A stretch of 64,000 nt of DNA. Source: Tubulanus polymorphus (Eukaryota; Animalia; Nemertea). Shown here piece by piece: positions 1 through 11,799 of this stretch (position 1 is its first letter; each line of letters opens with the position of its first letter). Under the pieces are notes generated by a model. That model saw only the letters and a program-made list of their open reading frames with translations. It was not told the DNA's origin and made no database searches. Where the stretch lies: NCBI RefSeq assembly GCF_964204645.1, contig NC_134033.1:2810131-2874130 (forward strand), read 5' to 3'. The position numbers and the translations under genes are program-made.

Positions 1-751
1 GGTCTATTTGTTTTTGATCGCAGGAGCTGACCACGTGTTCAAAGGCGTTTATTATCTGAATTCTGAAACCTGGACGGATAGCTCATTATGTCGTCTCGCC
101 AGGGTTATTGTCGCCGTTTCCTGCGAAGGTTCCTTGACTTTTCTCTTAATTCTAACGCGTCAGAGATATTCAAATATCGTCAACCCGTTTTCTAGAAGTC
201 CGATTATAACTCCGAAATACGTTATCGGTTTTTGCTGCATTTGTTGGCTCGTTATAAGTACAGTTTCTATTCTACCGCTGTCATCGTCGTCTTACTTCGG
301 AGACAATTTTTACGGTACAACCGGAGTTTGTTTGCCTATGAATTTACTGACGATCGACGTCAATGGCTGGCACTATTCATTCGCTATTTTTGCCTTGTTT
401 AATGCGGCCATATTGGCTACGATAATGACGACGTACGCCCAGATGTATAGACTCGTATCTGGAAGTAGGTCGGGCTCGGGTAGAGCCGATCCTACCGAAC
501 TGGTTTTAGCGCGAAGGAGTTTAGTAATCAATCTTTGTAATCTATTTTGCTGGCTACCGATAATAATCGTTCAGTTTTGCGCCGTATTTTCGGTCGAGAT
601 ACCGAACCAGGTGGCCGCTTGGCTGGCCGTTCTATTTTTACCGATCAACTCGTCTCTGAATCCGCTTCTTTATACAATACTAAATATCGATATAAAATCT
701 ATTCGTGAACGCAATAAACGACGACTAGGATTGACGACATCCAGTAAATAA
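1..751 (+). CDS. GRL101: 3' end (TM2-TM7 and C-tail) of a GRL101-like LRR-GPCR, copy 0, truncated by the window edge
   Basis: ORF nearly identical to the 7TM of the downstream full copies (GVCLP, FCWLP, LPINSSLNPLLY); tail ...RERNKRRLGLTTSSK*. Confidence 0.9.
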   Translation, partial: VYLFLIAGADHVFKGVYYLNSETWTDSSLCRLARVIVAVSCEGSLTFLLILTRQRYSNIVNPFSRSPIITPKYVIGFCCICWLVISTVSILPLSSSSYFGDNFYGTTGVCLPMNLLTIDVNGWHYSFAIFALFNAAILATIMTTYAQMYRLVSGSRSGSGRADPTELVLARRSLVINLCNLFCWLPIIIVQFCAVFSVEIPNQVAAWLAVLFLPINSSLNPLLYTILNIDIKSIRERNKRRLGLTTSSK

Positions 752-2888
752 ACTATAGTTTGACACGAGTCCCCGTATAATGTTTGCCTATCTATAAATC
801 GGGGTTGAAACTCGAAATCCTAAAACTTGGTTGAGTTCGTTTGGAGTCACGTGACCGCATTAGATGAACGAATACTATGAGATAAGTTAACAGCAGGGCA
901 TAATTACCCCGATTATCATAAATACCGTAAATTTTGGTTATTGTTATATCTAACTCACAACATTCTCGAATAGGTAGTAATTTTACCGGAGTCGTGTTTT
1001 CCGAATTACTAACTCGTAAAAAACCTTCAAAATTATTTCTAACTGTGAAGGATTAAGCTTACACTTAATATCTAATACTTCAACATCTATATCCCCAAGA
1101 TTCTTGCGTAAATATAAGCGGGTTTGATTGGAGCGAGAGGGAATCATCCGTTTGAAACTAGAATTTAGGGTTTCATGCATATAAAATTCCCCTAATTCGA
1201 AGGCGTTTATTTTACTAAATAGTAATCTACGATTCAACCCTCAAAAATCTATGAAGTATTGTCATTAAGTTCCGAAAGAAGAAGAATTGAGTTTAACGAT
1301 GATTTAAGTCACTCGATGAAAATGATTAAGAATTCATGTCTCTCGCGAGGACGCTGTTAGTTAGATTTATCAATATAACGGTTTCTACCACGAGAGACGA
1401 AGCACCTCCCTTCAGAAATATAACATCATAATGCATAAACACAGTTGATTGGGGAATATTGAAATATGTTCTTTTTCACGGACCGAATATACACCAGTGT
1501 TGAAATAATACAATATTTTAAAGTTCTTTAATATATCTGAATTAAAACTATTATCAACCGATGATAATTTCGTACCAGAAGAACAAATTATATCAGATAC
1601 TTAAAAGTTGAATCTACCGCTGGCGCCAACTTATTGTCAATAATAATTATTTAGACACACAAACATTTCCCCAACTATCGGTGACCGAACATATCAGATC
1701 ATCATTTTTGCCATCATACGTGTAGGCGTTCCAAAACAGAGGGAGACAAACAGGAAAAAAATGAATTTGTTTTATTATAAGAGTATTCAACACAAAAAAA
1801 AATAACGACCGCAAAAAATGAAAATAATTGGAAATCGTGATTAAGTTGATTCAAATAATTGGAAAAATGAAAAAAGAACTAGCTTTCGCATCCCATGAGA
1901 TTGAAAATTAAGATGAACATAACTTCTATAAGTTAGTGGATTGAAACCAGGACAGGAATAACAGAATTTTTTATTGTTGAAAAATTGTACCAAAAAGAGG
2001 AAGGAGGAATAAAAACAATTCAGTTCGATGAATTTGCTGATCCGTGTCCCAACTAAAAATGCTGAACGGACTGTAATGTACATAGATTGAGTCAAATCAA
2101 ACATTTTTAAATGATGATCATAAGTTTCGGAATTATCAATTCCCCTCATTAATTATTGGTTGGACTTTCGTCGCGTTCACACTTGGAACCAGTTAGACCG
2201 TTCTAAACGGGTCCGTGTCCGGAACGGGACAAATTTAGAACGGACCGCATCAGAGTGCGCGAGTCAGATTCTCGCCGGGTTTATTGTAACCGTTTCCTAA
2301 CTAAAGATTCCTAACATTTCTTTGTTTCTATTCTACAACTGTCATCCCCGTCTTACTTGGTTGCTGTTGTTTCTTCAAAACAATCCGTACCAAACAAGAC
2401 CTTACTCACCACAATCAGATATCCACGCGCTTCACTTAGCTTCAACTCAGTTATTATATTGACTGTAGAGTGTGAATTATCAGAACAGATATTGACGAAG
2501 TGTTTTACAGAGACGCAGAATATTTTGAGGTATAGATAGAAAATGTCATCGAATATTATCCCAAACTGAACGGAGTTCGGGAGCGACAGTAAATATTTTT
2601 AGAGAAATAATTGCACACGATTATAAACACGATATATTGAAACACGTCTAAATTTAGAAACCGCGGTAATTACTGCGAAACCGAGAACAGATGAAAGTTT
2701 CACAAATACGAAACTGGCGTCAGTTTGATGGGAGATCTTTTTACAAAACAATTGGACTCTGGATCAATTCGTCAACTTCTGATATTTGCGAATTCGTCAT
2801 TACTTTGCAGCGACTCTTGTGAGAAATATCACGCAAACTTGGAAATAGTTAGAGATGTGTTTGTTTTGAAGCGTGAATTGTGTTCAAT

Positions 2889-4376
2889 ATGCAGCGAATG
2901 AAAGCGTTGTTCGTAGTTTTACTGATCGCTTGCGGAGACTGTATATTTACGCGGGCTGATCGCGCAAACTCTGTCGAGGAAGCCGCGTCTGTTACAGTCA
3001 GTTCATCTTGTAACAACACTCAATACTCCGTCGATTCTACGTCTGGTTACATCGTTTCACCGAACTATCCGTCGTTAGTGCGCGGCGTCGAATGTCGTTG
3101 GTTCGTCAACAGCTCTTTACCGGGAAGTTTTCTCGTTCAAGTTTACTACGACATCGAGCCGTCGATATTCTGTAACGAAAACTACCTACTCGTCGGTGAG
3201 TCCGACAACAAAATCTGCGCTACCGGAAGAAAACAACTAGATATCCGCAGTAACGATTTGATTTCGTTGTTGTTTAGGAGTAACGTCGATGGAGCGCGAG
3301 GTAGTCGGGTTTATATCATATATCGTTATGAAGAACAGAGTCGCTTGAAGATCTTACATACATGTTCAAAACATGCAGTTAACAAAATACCAACTGAAAC
3401 AGGTTATAAATTCACGATTTCTACCCGGCGATGTAAATTGTTGTTAGAATGGATCGGGATGCAAGACGGGTTTGCAATGAATTTAACGTTTATACAGATA
3501 GATTTCAGATTAGCACCAGGTGAGGATCCAATAAAAACTCGTCCTCAAATTTACGACGGATGGAACGGCACCAGTGAACCTATAGCTCTTATACGAGAAC
3601 AAACCGGACATCCACCTTCATCGTTTTATACTAAAACTGAAAAAGCACGTATTGAATTTATTTCAAAAGGATACCCATATTTTCAGTCGAAGCTACTCGT
3701 GCAAATTTACAAATTATCAGATTGGAACATCTCTAACCCGTTAATTCAAGTCTATTATAAATCAGGACTGCTCACTACAATTGATGGAATACCACATATA
3801 GTAACTCAGTCTAAACACTTATACTGCCGGTCTATCACTGTCGATGTTCTGCAGTACGTCGTCTTCAACTGGACACGTGATCTAGTCTCGTCACCAGGTG
3901 TCGTTGGTGTATATAAACAGGAAGGGTTACGTATTGTGAAAACTGATATTTTACTCAGTTTTAACCATCTTAAATCTCTGAGTGTAAAATCAGACGGATT
4001 TCTCGTCATTCTGTGCGTTTTGACGACATCGGATTTTTTAAGATCGAATATGAAAATAGAATTCGAAGTGAAATCAATGACAATATCAGACGTCTACGTC
4101 AACAAGCCAAGGATATGGGTAAGTTTATAACAATGATTTGTAAATTGGGTTCGTGTAATAGAATCATTGTAATAGGGTATTTGAAATTGTTGTATTGTTC
4201 AACGTGATAAAACAACGCAATAAATCGCGAGAGACGAATGAAATATGAGTCCCACAATCACAGGATCGATAAAGATTTTAAAACATCAAAACTATCTAAA
4301 TCTATTCAAAACCTCGAATTTTCGGTTTTATGCTAAAAACTATTTTCAAGAATGACTAAAAGTATGGCATTTCGCA

Positions 4377-4468
<92 letters not shown>

Positions 4469-7400
4469 CAAGCAAGAACGACACACACTATCCCCAGAGA
4501 GGGAACAGGGACAAACATTTTATTATGGGGGGAGGGAGGATTGTAAACGTAAAAATTGATAGTAAACGTTCAATGTTGTAATCAATTCTCTTATATTTCA
4601 GAATGATGCAGGCGTGACACCAATAACAGCTGGTCACTTGTTCCCGAGATCAAAGAATACATTGTATCGTGTAACTACATTACAACTAAACTGGAAAGTG
4701 AACATCTATGAATCACAACAGTTGAAACTATCAGTGCTATCAGAAAACTGTGATCGAGCTGGTTTTTATATATTTGATGGTAGTAATTTCACAGCTAGAC
4801 GCTATGGTCCGTATTGTCCTGGTTCATACTACGGTCGATCTGTCGTCAGCCTGATTACATCAGGTGGACCGGTTACTGTAGTAGCATACGCTTATTACTA
4901 TAACAATCAGTTAACAGTTGGTAGCTCATATCTTAAATTTGCTCCTACTGATTGTGATGGTTATGTTCTACAGGAAGAAGAACGTCAGATCAATATGACG
5001 TCACACTGTCTCGTGATTACACCTGAAAATCGACGCCTTCGCTTGAAAAATATTCACATATTATCAGAACACGAATATCAAATTGACCGATGTTTTCTCA
5101 AGATGTCATTGTCGTGTGATCAGTCTCTGAGTTTGAGTAATCACTTTCTTAATAACAGTCTCGTATTAAACACTGTTGATTTCACAGGTCATGAGTTCGG
5201 TTTCAGGCAGGAACCACTAATTGTTAAACTACGTCGTAATTGTCTAGGAGTGAAAAAAGCGGTTAGTTTTGGATATCTTGGATCCCGTATCCCAGTTACT
5301 ACTAAAGATAAATGTGGACTCGTGCAGTCACCGAACTACCCGGGTTCGGCAGGACGCACATCAAAATCTATTTCCTATAAATTTGAAAACCCGATACAAC
5401 TAAATATATTTCAATATTACAGATTTATTGTCAAATTTATTCGGTCAGTTTCATGTGAAACAAAAAGCAGGTATGAGAATGATCCGATCATTTTGATACA
5501 ATCAATAAATTACGAACCATTTCTTGATGGTAAAAATTTAAAAGCCATTCGAACTCAACATCAAACTAAAACATGTGGAAATAACGCGGTTCGTGGACTT
5601 ATATTTTATAGTTTAACAGATAATACTTTGCGTTATGAAGTAAACAATAGAATTCCGACATTTCAAATACAATACACTTTACACGAGTCGTTACCGATTA
5701 AACATTTCGATGATATCTACTGTAAACAAGGATTTCTGGATTCCGGAATTTCCTGCATCAAATTCATCAGAGATGAACGTCTGAATTGGGAGAACGCTGA
5801 AATATACTGTAGACAGAAGTACGCGGGACATCTACTCAGTATCAACTCAGAACAGGAAATGATTTCCATCAAAAGATTATTCGCTACAGAACTTCTCCGA
5901 ACGGCGTACACATTAAAGGCGCTTATAATGATGATTGGATTGAAATGGAAGGTAAGACTAATGTATTCAAATATGAATTAGAATAGGATGATTTTTAAAA
6001 TTATGATATATTTCATTTTCTTCACGAAACAGAATGATGGTTATGACACGTGGACTGACGGTAAACCATTGAGCTACACAGAGTGGTATAAACCTGTTAT
6101 TAATGAAACGATACCAGAAGTTATTCGAGGATTGATATCTCCGCTAAGAAAACAACCGATAAATGACGTCAATATGCCGTGTACGGCTATGATACTGAAT
6201 AATCCACGAGGATCAGCGAACTGGGTTCGATTCCCGTGTCAAATCGAGGAGACGCACACGACATTCATTTGTGAATCCGAGAGAATTGACATCAAAAACA
6301 AACACAATTCAACGATAAACGACGCGAACAATTCAACAAATACAGATTTAAATAAAACAATAGATCAAATGATTCCCGATATTACTTTAATCAATTCAAC
6401 CTGTCCAAGGGGTTGGGTAACTATTTCCGGGCAATGTTATCAAATACTAACCGACTGGAAAAACAATCGAGGTTTGAATATTCGGAGTGCTAGAGAAATA
6501 TGTCACAGCATCCGCGCCAAAATAGTAAGAATCTCCTCAAATACAGAAAGCGACTTGAAAAATTTGATCAACGAATTTCAATATCGACATCAATATGGCG
6601 CTATACTGACAATGGACCGCGATGGGTTTAAAGTTATCAAACCATTGGTGACTAGAAATGAAATTACTTATATCCAATCAGTTAACTGGTTATTGAAACC
6701 TTTCGATAGTACAAAAGATAAAGTGCATTCCGTGTTATGTACCTATAATGTAACTGGTGAAGAGTTACCTTCCATTAGCAGTTGTAAATCGTGGCAATTT
6801 GAATGTAACGATCACAGATGTATCAGCGACCATCGCGAATGTGATACCAGACACGACTGTCAACACGGTGAAGATGAACTCGATTGTACGGATATCAATT
6901 TACACAGTCAGTTCCGCTGTAACGATGGACAGGTTATATCGATTAGCGGTTTCTGTGACTTTATGAGAGATTGCGTCGATGGCTCGGATGAGAACTCGTG
7001 CTATCATCCACCGTGTTTATCTACGCAATATCGCTGTTCCAATCACCAATGCATCGATAGTTATAAACGATGTGACGGACTAGCCAACTGTAAAGACGGT
7101 TCCGATGAGATCGGATGCACTGCCGAACTTTGTCAGGGATTCTCGTGCGCGGACGGTGAATGTATTAGTTCTCAGTTGTATCGGGATGGTGTCGTTGATT
7201 GTGGCGGAAGTCTCGAAGAAGACGAATTGGTCACTAATATGACAGTGAATCCCGAGGTTTACTGTAATAATGACAATCACTGTACGACTCGTTTCACAGA
7301 TCTGTGTAAGGAATCGGGTGAACAAAGATGTTCGTTCAATTCTCCTCGCTGTTATTCCCGACACGAAAGGTGTATTTTAGAAAGGATGCCGATTGGTTTC

Positions 7401-9289
7401 CCGGTATGTAGAAATCTTGAACATATACTCGCGTGTAATGACTTCGAATGCGCGGCTGGTACTGTAAAATGTCCGGCATCTTACTGTATACCGATCAGAC
7501 ACGTTTGTGACGGTCGATCCGATTGTCCTAATTCAGAAGATGAACGAAACTGCGAGACTTGGTCGTGTCCGGGAATGTTTAAATGTGGCCAGGAAAATCG
7601 ATGTATTCCGCAATCTGAAGTCTGCGACGGAGTCGTAACTTGTAAGCATAACTCGGATGACGAGACATACTGTAAGGTCACGTGTCCTGAACGTTGTAAT
7701 TGCCGGGGTCATTTCATCGATTGTGAAAATGCTCTTTTATCAGATATTACTGGTCGTTTTATAGAATCAACTCGGGTTTTGATTTTGTCGAATAACCGAG
7801 TCGTATTTAACGAGTCGACGTTCAACTCTTTCATTTATCTTCGTTTTCTCGATATTTCGGCCAATAATTTGTCTTACATCGTTCCCAACGCGTTTTCTAA
7901 TCTAAACAATCTATACACATTAGGCCTTACTCACAACCGCATAACATCATTATCTGCTAATACATTCGCAGGTTTGATCGGTTTAAAAGAACTATTTCTT
8001 ATCGGAAATCGGCTGCAACATTTAGAATACGGTAGTCGTCACTAACTGTTCTCGATCTTCACGGACTTTCTATATCGGTTCTCGTTGAAAATGTATTTAA
8101 AGGTTTATCCGCATTACAGTCGTTAAATATCAGCAGTAACAGAATACATCACATTTCGAGATTTGCTTTTTCTGGATTGGTTGGACTTGAAATTCTAGAT
8201 CTCGTCAAAAATGCCGAAGTGATATTTGTAAAAAGAAACGTTCTTGGCGATCTTACATCATTGAAATACCTCGCTTCGGATGCTTACAAATTTTGCTGCA
8301 TGGCACCGAATGTTGACCGATGTCTCCCCGAAGCTGATCAATTTTCGACCTGCTCTGACCTGATGGGTAACGCTGTACTGAGAGCCATCATCTGGATGAT
8401 CGCATCTTTCAGTTTTCTCGCTAACAGTATCGTTATTTTATTTCGCGTTCAAGCTTTGCGGATGGAATCCTCCGGAACACGTAACACATCTTCAGATATC
8501 CTCATCATAAATATTGCCGGTTGTGATTTTCTGATGTCGGTCTATTTGTTTTTGATCGCGGGAGCTGACCACGTGTTCAAAGGCGTATATTATCTGAATT
8601 CTGAAACCTGGACGGATAGCTCATTATGTCGTCTCGCCGGGGTTATTGTCACCGTTTCGTGCGAAGGTTCCTTAACTTTTCTCTTAATTCTAACGCGTCA
8701 GCGATATTCAAATATCGTCAACCCGTTTTCTAGAAGTCCGATTATAACTCCGAAACACGTTATCGGTATTTGCTGCACGTGTTGGCTCGTTATAATCACA
8801 GTTTCTATTCTACCGCTGTCATCGTCGTCTTACTTTGGAGACAATTTTTATGGTACAACCGGAGTTTGTTTGCCTATGAATTTACTGACGATCGACGTCG
8901 ATGGCTGGCACTATTCATTCGCTATTTTTGCCTTGTTTAATGCGGCCATATTGGCTACGATAATGACGACGTACGCTCAGATGTATAGACTCGTATCTGG
9001 GAGTAGGTCGGGCTCGGGTAGAGCCGATCCTACCGAACTGGTTTTAGCTCGAAGGAGTTTAGTAATCAATCTTTGTAATCTATTTTGCTGGCTACCGATA
9101 ATAATCGTTCAGTTTTGCGCCGTATTTACGGTCGAGATACCGAACCAGGTGGCCGCTTGGCTGGCCGTTCTATTTTTACCGATCAACTCGTCTCTGAATC
9201 CGCTTCTTTATACAATACTAAATATCGATATGAAATCTATTCGTGAACGCAATAAACGACGACTAGGATTGACGACATCTAGTAAATAA
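2889..9289 (+). pseudogene. GRL101: GRL101-like CUB-CTL-LDLa-LRR-7TM receptor, copy 1, frameshifted in the LRR region
   Basis: Exons 2889-4118, 4602-5951 and 6033-9289, with phase-0 GTAAG...CAG introns 4119-4601 and 5952-6032. Relative to copy 3, 13 nt (ttccgaggtctga) are missing after 8036, giving TAA at 8043-8045. The original frame stays open downstream to 9289. Confidence 0.85.
4378..4468. repeat. (TA)n microsatellite in intron 1 of copy 1
   Basis: Direct reading; only a short TA run in the homologous intron of copy 4 (~53410). Confidence 0.95.
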
Positions 9290-10811
9290 ACAACAGTTTG
9301 ACAAGAGTCCCTTTATAATATTTGCCTATCTATAAATTGGGTTTGAACCTCGAAATCCTAAAACTTGGTTGAGTTCGTTTGGGGTCACGACCTGATAAGT
9401 TTAACGAATACAATGATTCATTGTATCATTCATAATAAAGAAGTTTCCAGTTTCTAGGCGCCATCTTGTGGCGGTCCCTCGAGGTTCCCATTGTTGCGAT
9501 AATTTGCGCTCATTTTTGAAACATAAGTTGTTATTCAATATCATATAACTCTGCAGTTTATTGAAATGAAATCATGGTGATTAGACATTAGATTCATGTG
9601 AAGTGTGGAGATCCGTAGCCGGAAGAGTTTGAGTCTACCGGTCGCGTTTTGGGTTGATCCCGAAAAATGGCGAAAGTGCATCATTTAAAAAACCAATATT
9701 TGAAATTTTACTGGATGATTCAATGCGTGACGATGGTAGTTTGCATATCCACCCTCGTCACGCGTGAGTGAACACGAAATTTCCTGTTAAAATTAAAATT
9801 AAACCTTACCTAACCTCAGATTCCTGTAGAGAAAAAATTTAAAATTTCTACTCACCGATTTATGTGAGCAGTTTTCGATTATCTTTTCCTCGAAGAGATT
9901 TATCATTCAGCTCACATGAGTCATCTATCAGATCAGGTTGTTTTTGTCGGCACACACTTGATGCAATCAGGTCCTGATGAAGTGAGGAAGGTCTGGAATC
10001 TGGAAACTGTATTTGTCGGTTTAGTCAACACGCATTGGCAGCGATCAGATCCTGCAGAGGAAGGTCGTCTCTGAAAAAGCGACCAAAGTTTAATGAGACT
10101 TGAATCAGCTTGAATCCGACGTAACTTAAGTTTGACATTTAGAATTGAAATTAAAGTGTCTCTTACCGATTCGTGAGTGGAACTTCATGAATTTTTTCGA
10201 TCAGTTATCGTTTCATTGGGAGATGTGACACTCAAGCAACAGGAATCATATCGGTCCGGTCATGTTGATTTATTCAGCAAGCATTCACAGCAATCAGGTC
10301 CCGAGGAAGTAGAGCTTGTCTGAAAAATAGTATTGATCTCAATAATAATTTCTAATTTGCCTCGATACATGCACATTGTAATCTGTTATAGCCAGTATTA
10401 AAAACCTACAAATCTACTCACCACCAATTTCTGTGTGGAGCATCATGGATTATCTAGAAAAACCTGGATTCTGCAGCATTGGTTTACTCAGCTTCGGGGT
10501 ATTGGCAGCAATCAGGTCCTGAGTGAGGAATGGCTGATCTAAAAAACAACAATTTCATATTTCAGTTCTGACTGGAAGATTGAATCAATGTTCAAGTTTA
10601 GGTTGGATGCCCGCGTGAGATCCCAGAGACAGGGAGTCAACTATACTAATTCATACACGAGATGTGAACTGTCGAAAGCATTCCTCGGCAACTTCGCATA
10701 TTAGAATTTAGATCTAGTAGACCTAATTGATAAAAAGCTAATAGATCTCCCTTTTTACTAACCTAACCTCACGTAAGGGACATATGTGCACTTCAATATC
10801 CTACCTAATGC

Positions 10812-11049
10812 ATGAAGTAGATATAATATCAGATATTCTTTAACAGTCCTCGTTAAAATGATAGTTCTATGCAGTAATTTAAATCCTTTCAAAAATCGAA
10901 TTGAAAGAAAAATCAATTTCCAACACAATTTAGCAATCACATTTCCATTATTGAATTGTCACTCGAATTTTCACAGGAATCAAGCACGAATCTTAGAACT
11001 ATTTGCAATTGATTATCAACTAATATAAATTAAGTTGATATCATCATAG
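10812..11049 (+). repeat. ~235-bp dispersed repeat, with other copies at ~14031-14266, ~14789-15014 and ~48285-48517
   Basis: Shared start tgaagtaga(t/a)a..atatcagatattct.taacagtcctcgttaaaatgata and shared end (a/t)tgatatcatc. Confidence 0.8.
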
Positions 11050-11120
11050 TGATACATCGGTCACAATCCTCTCCTTAGCCGTTGTTTAATAAAAGCGATG
11101 ATAGGTCCCTGTCGAGAGAA

Positions 11121-11640
11121 TGTGTCCGTGCACAAACCCAAGAAAAAACTAGAATGCCGAAAATTTGAATGAATATAATGATAGTAAAACGAATTGTATT
11201 TACCTTTATAATTAATCTAAGCTTTCCAGTTAAAACACAGTCCAGTTCCTAACTCTAAGTTCCTATTGGACTCTCCTGCTGGTAACTGTCCTGAATCAAG
11301 TCCCAAACAAGCTTCCTAACAAGTATCTATCGAATCTCTATCGAGTGTCTGCTCTCCCAAGACTGCGGATCCCTTTTATAGAAAGAATCGGCATTCGTAA
11401 AATACCGACTCTCCCACTCGACTTTTGGCAAGGAGCAGCAACCTAACTGTCATGACTGCTTTGGTCATGTAGAATTTATCCCTAATGATTCGCTAATCTA
11501 AATTTATTTGGGAAACTGATTTGCTAAACACACTTTTTCTTTCCAACCCTCCTGTCATGACGCGGAATGATTTACTCACTCCTTGCTTATCGTTGAGAGA
11601 ACAGCTATTCTCTGCGAGTTACCAACAGACGTATACAACA
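11121..11640 (-). mobile_element. Possible LTR fragment
   Basis: TGT...ACA ends; minus-strand TATA (plus ccttttatag ~11372); adjacent gtccctgtcg resembles a degenerate tRNA-Lys PBS on the minus strand; no TSD found. Confidence 0.3.
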
Positions 11641-11799
11641 AGAGAAACTTTAGAGAGCTAGTATTATCATTTAACAGAAATTAATTTTCATAAAACTTTA
11701 GCGATTATAGAGACTTTGTTCTTAATTAACATCCAGGATACTCAAATTAAATATATTTTCAAAACTTTAGCTATTCGTCTCAAATTACAGTAATGCTCA

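Noticed and set aside
7080-7681. Antisense ORFs repeated in each receptor copy (also 19731-20332, 44354-44638, 56056-56657)
   Set aside because: Shadow frames of conserved LDLa coding sequence; their recurrence is explained by the sense gene
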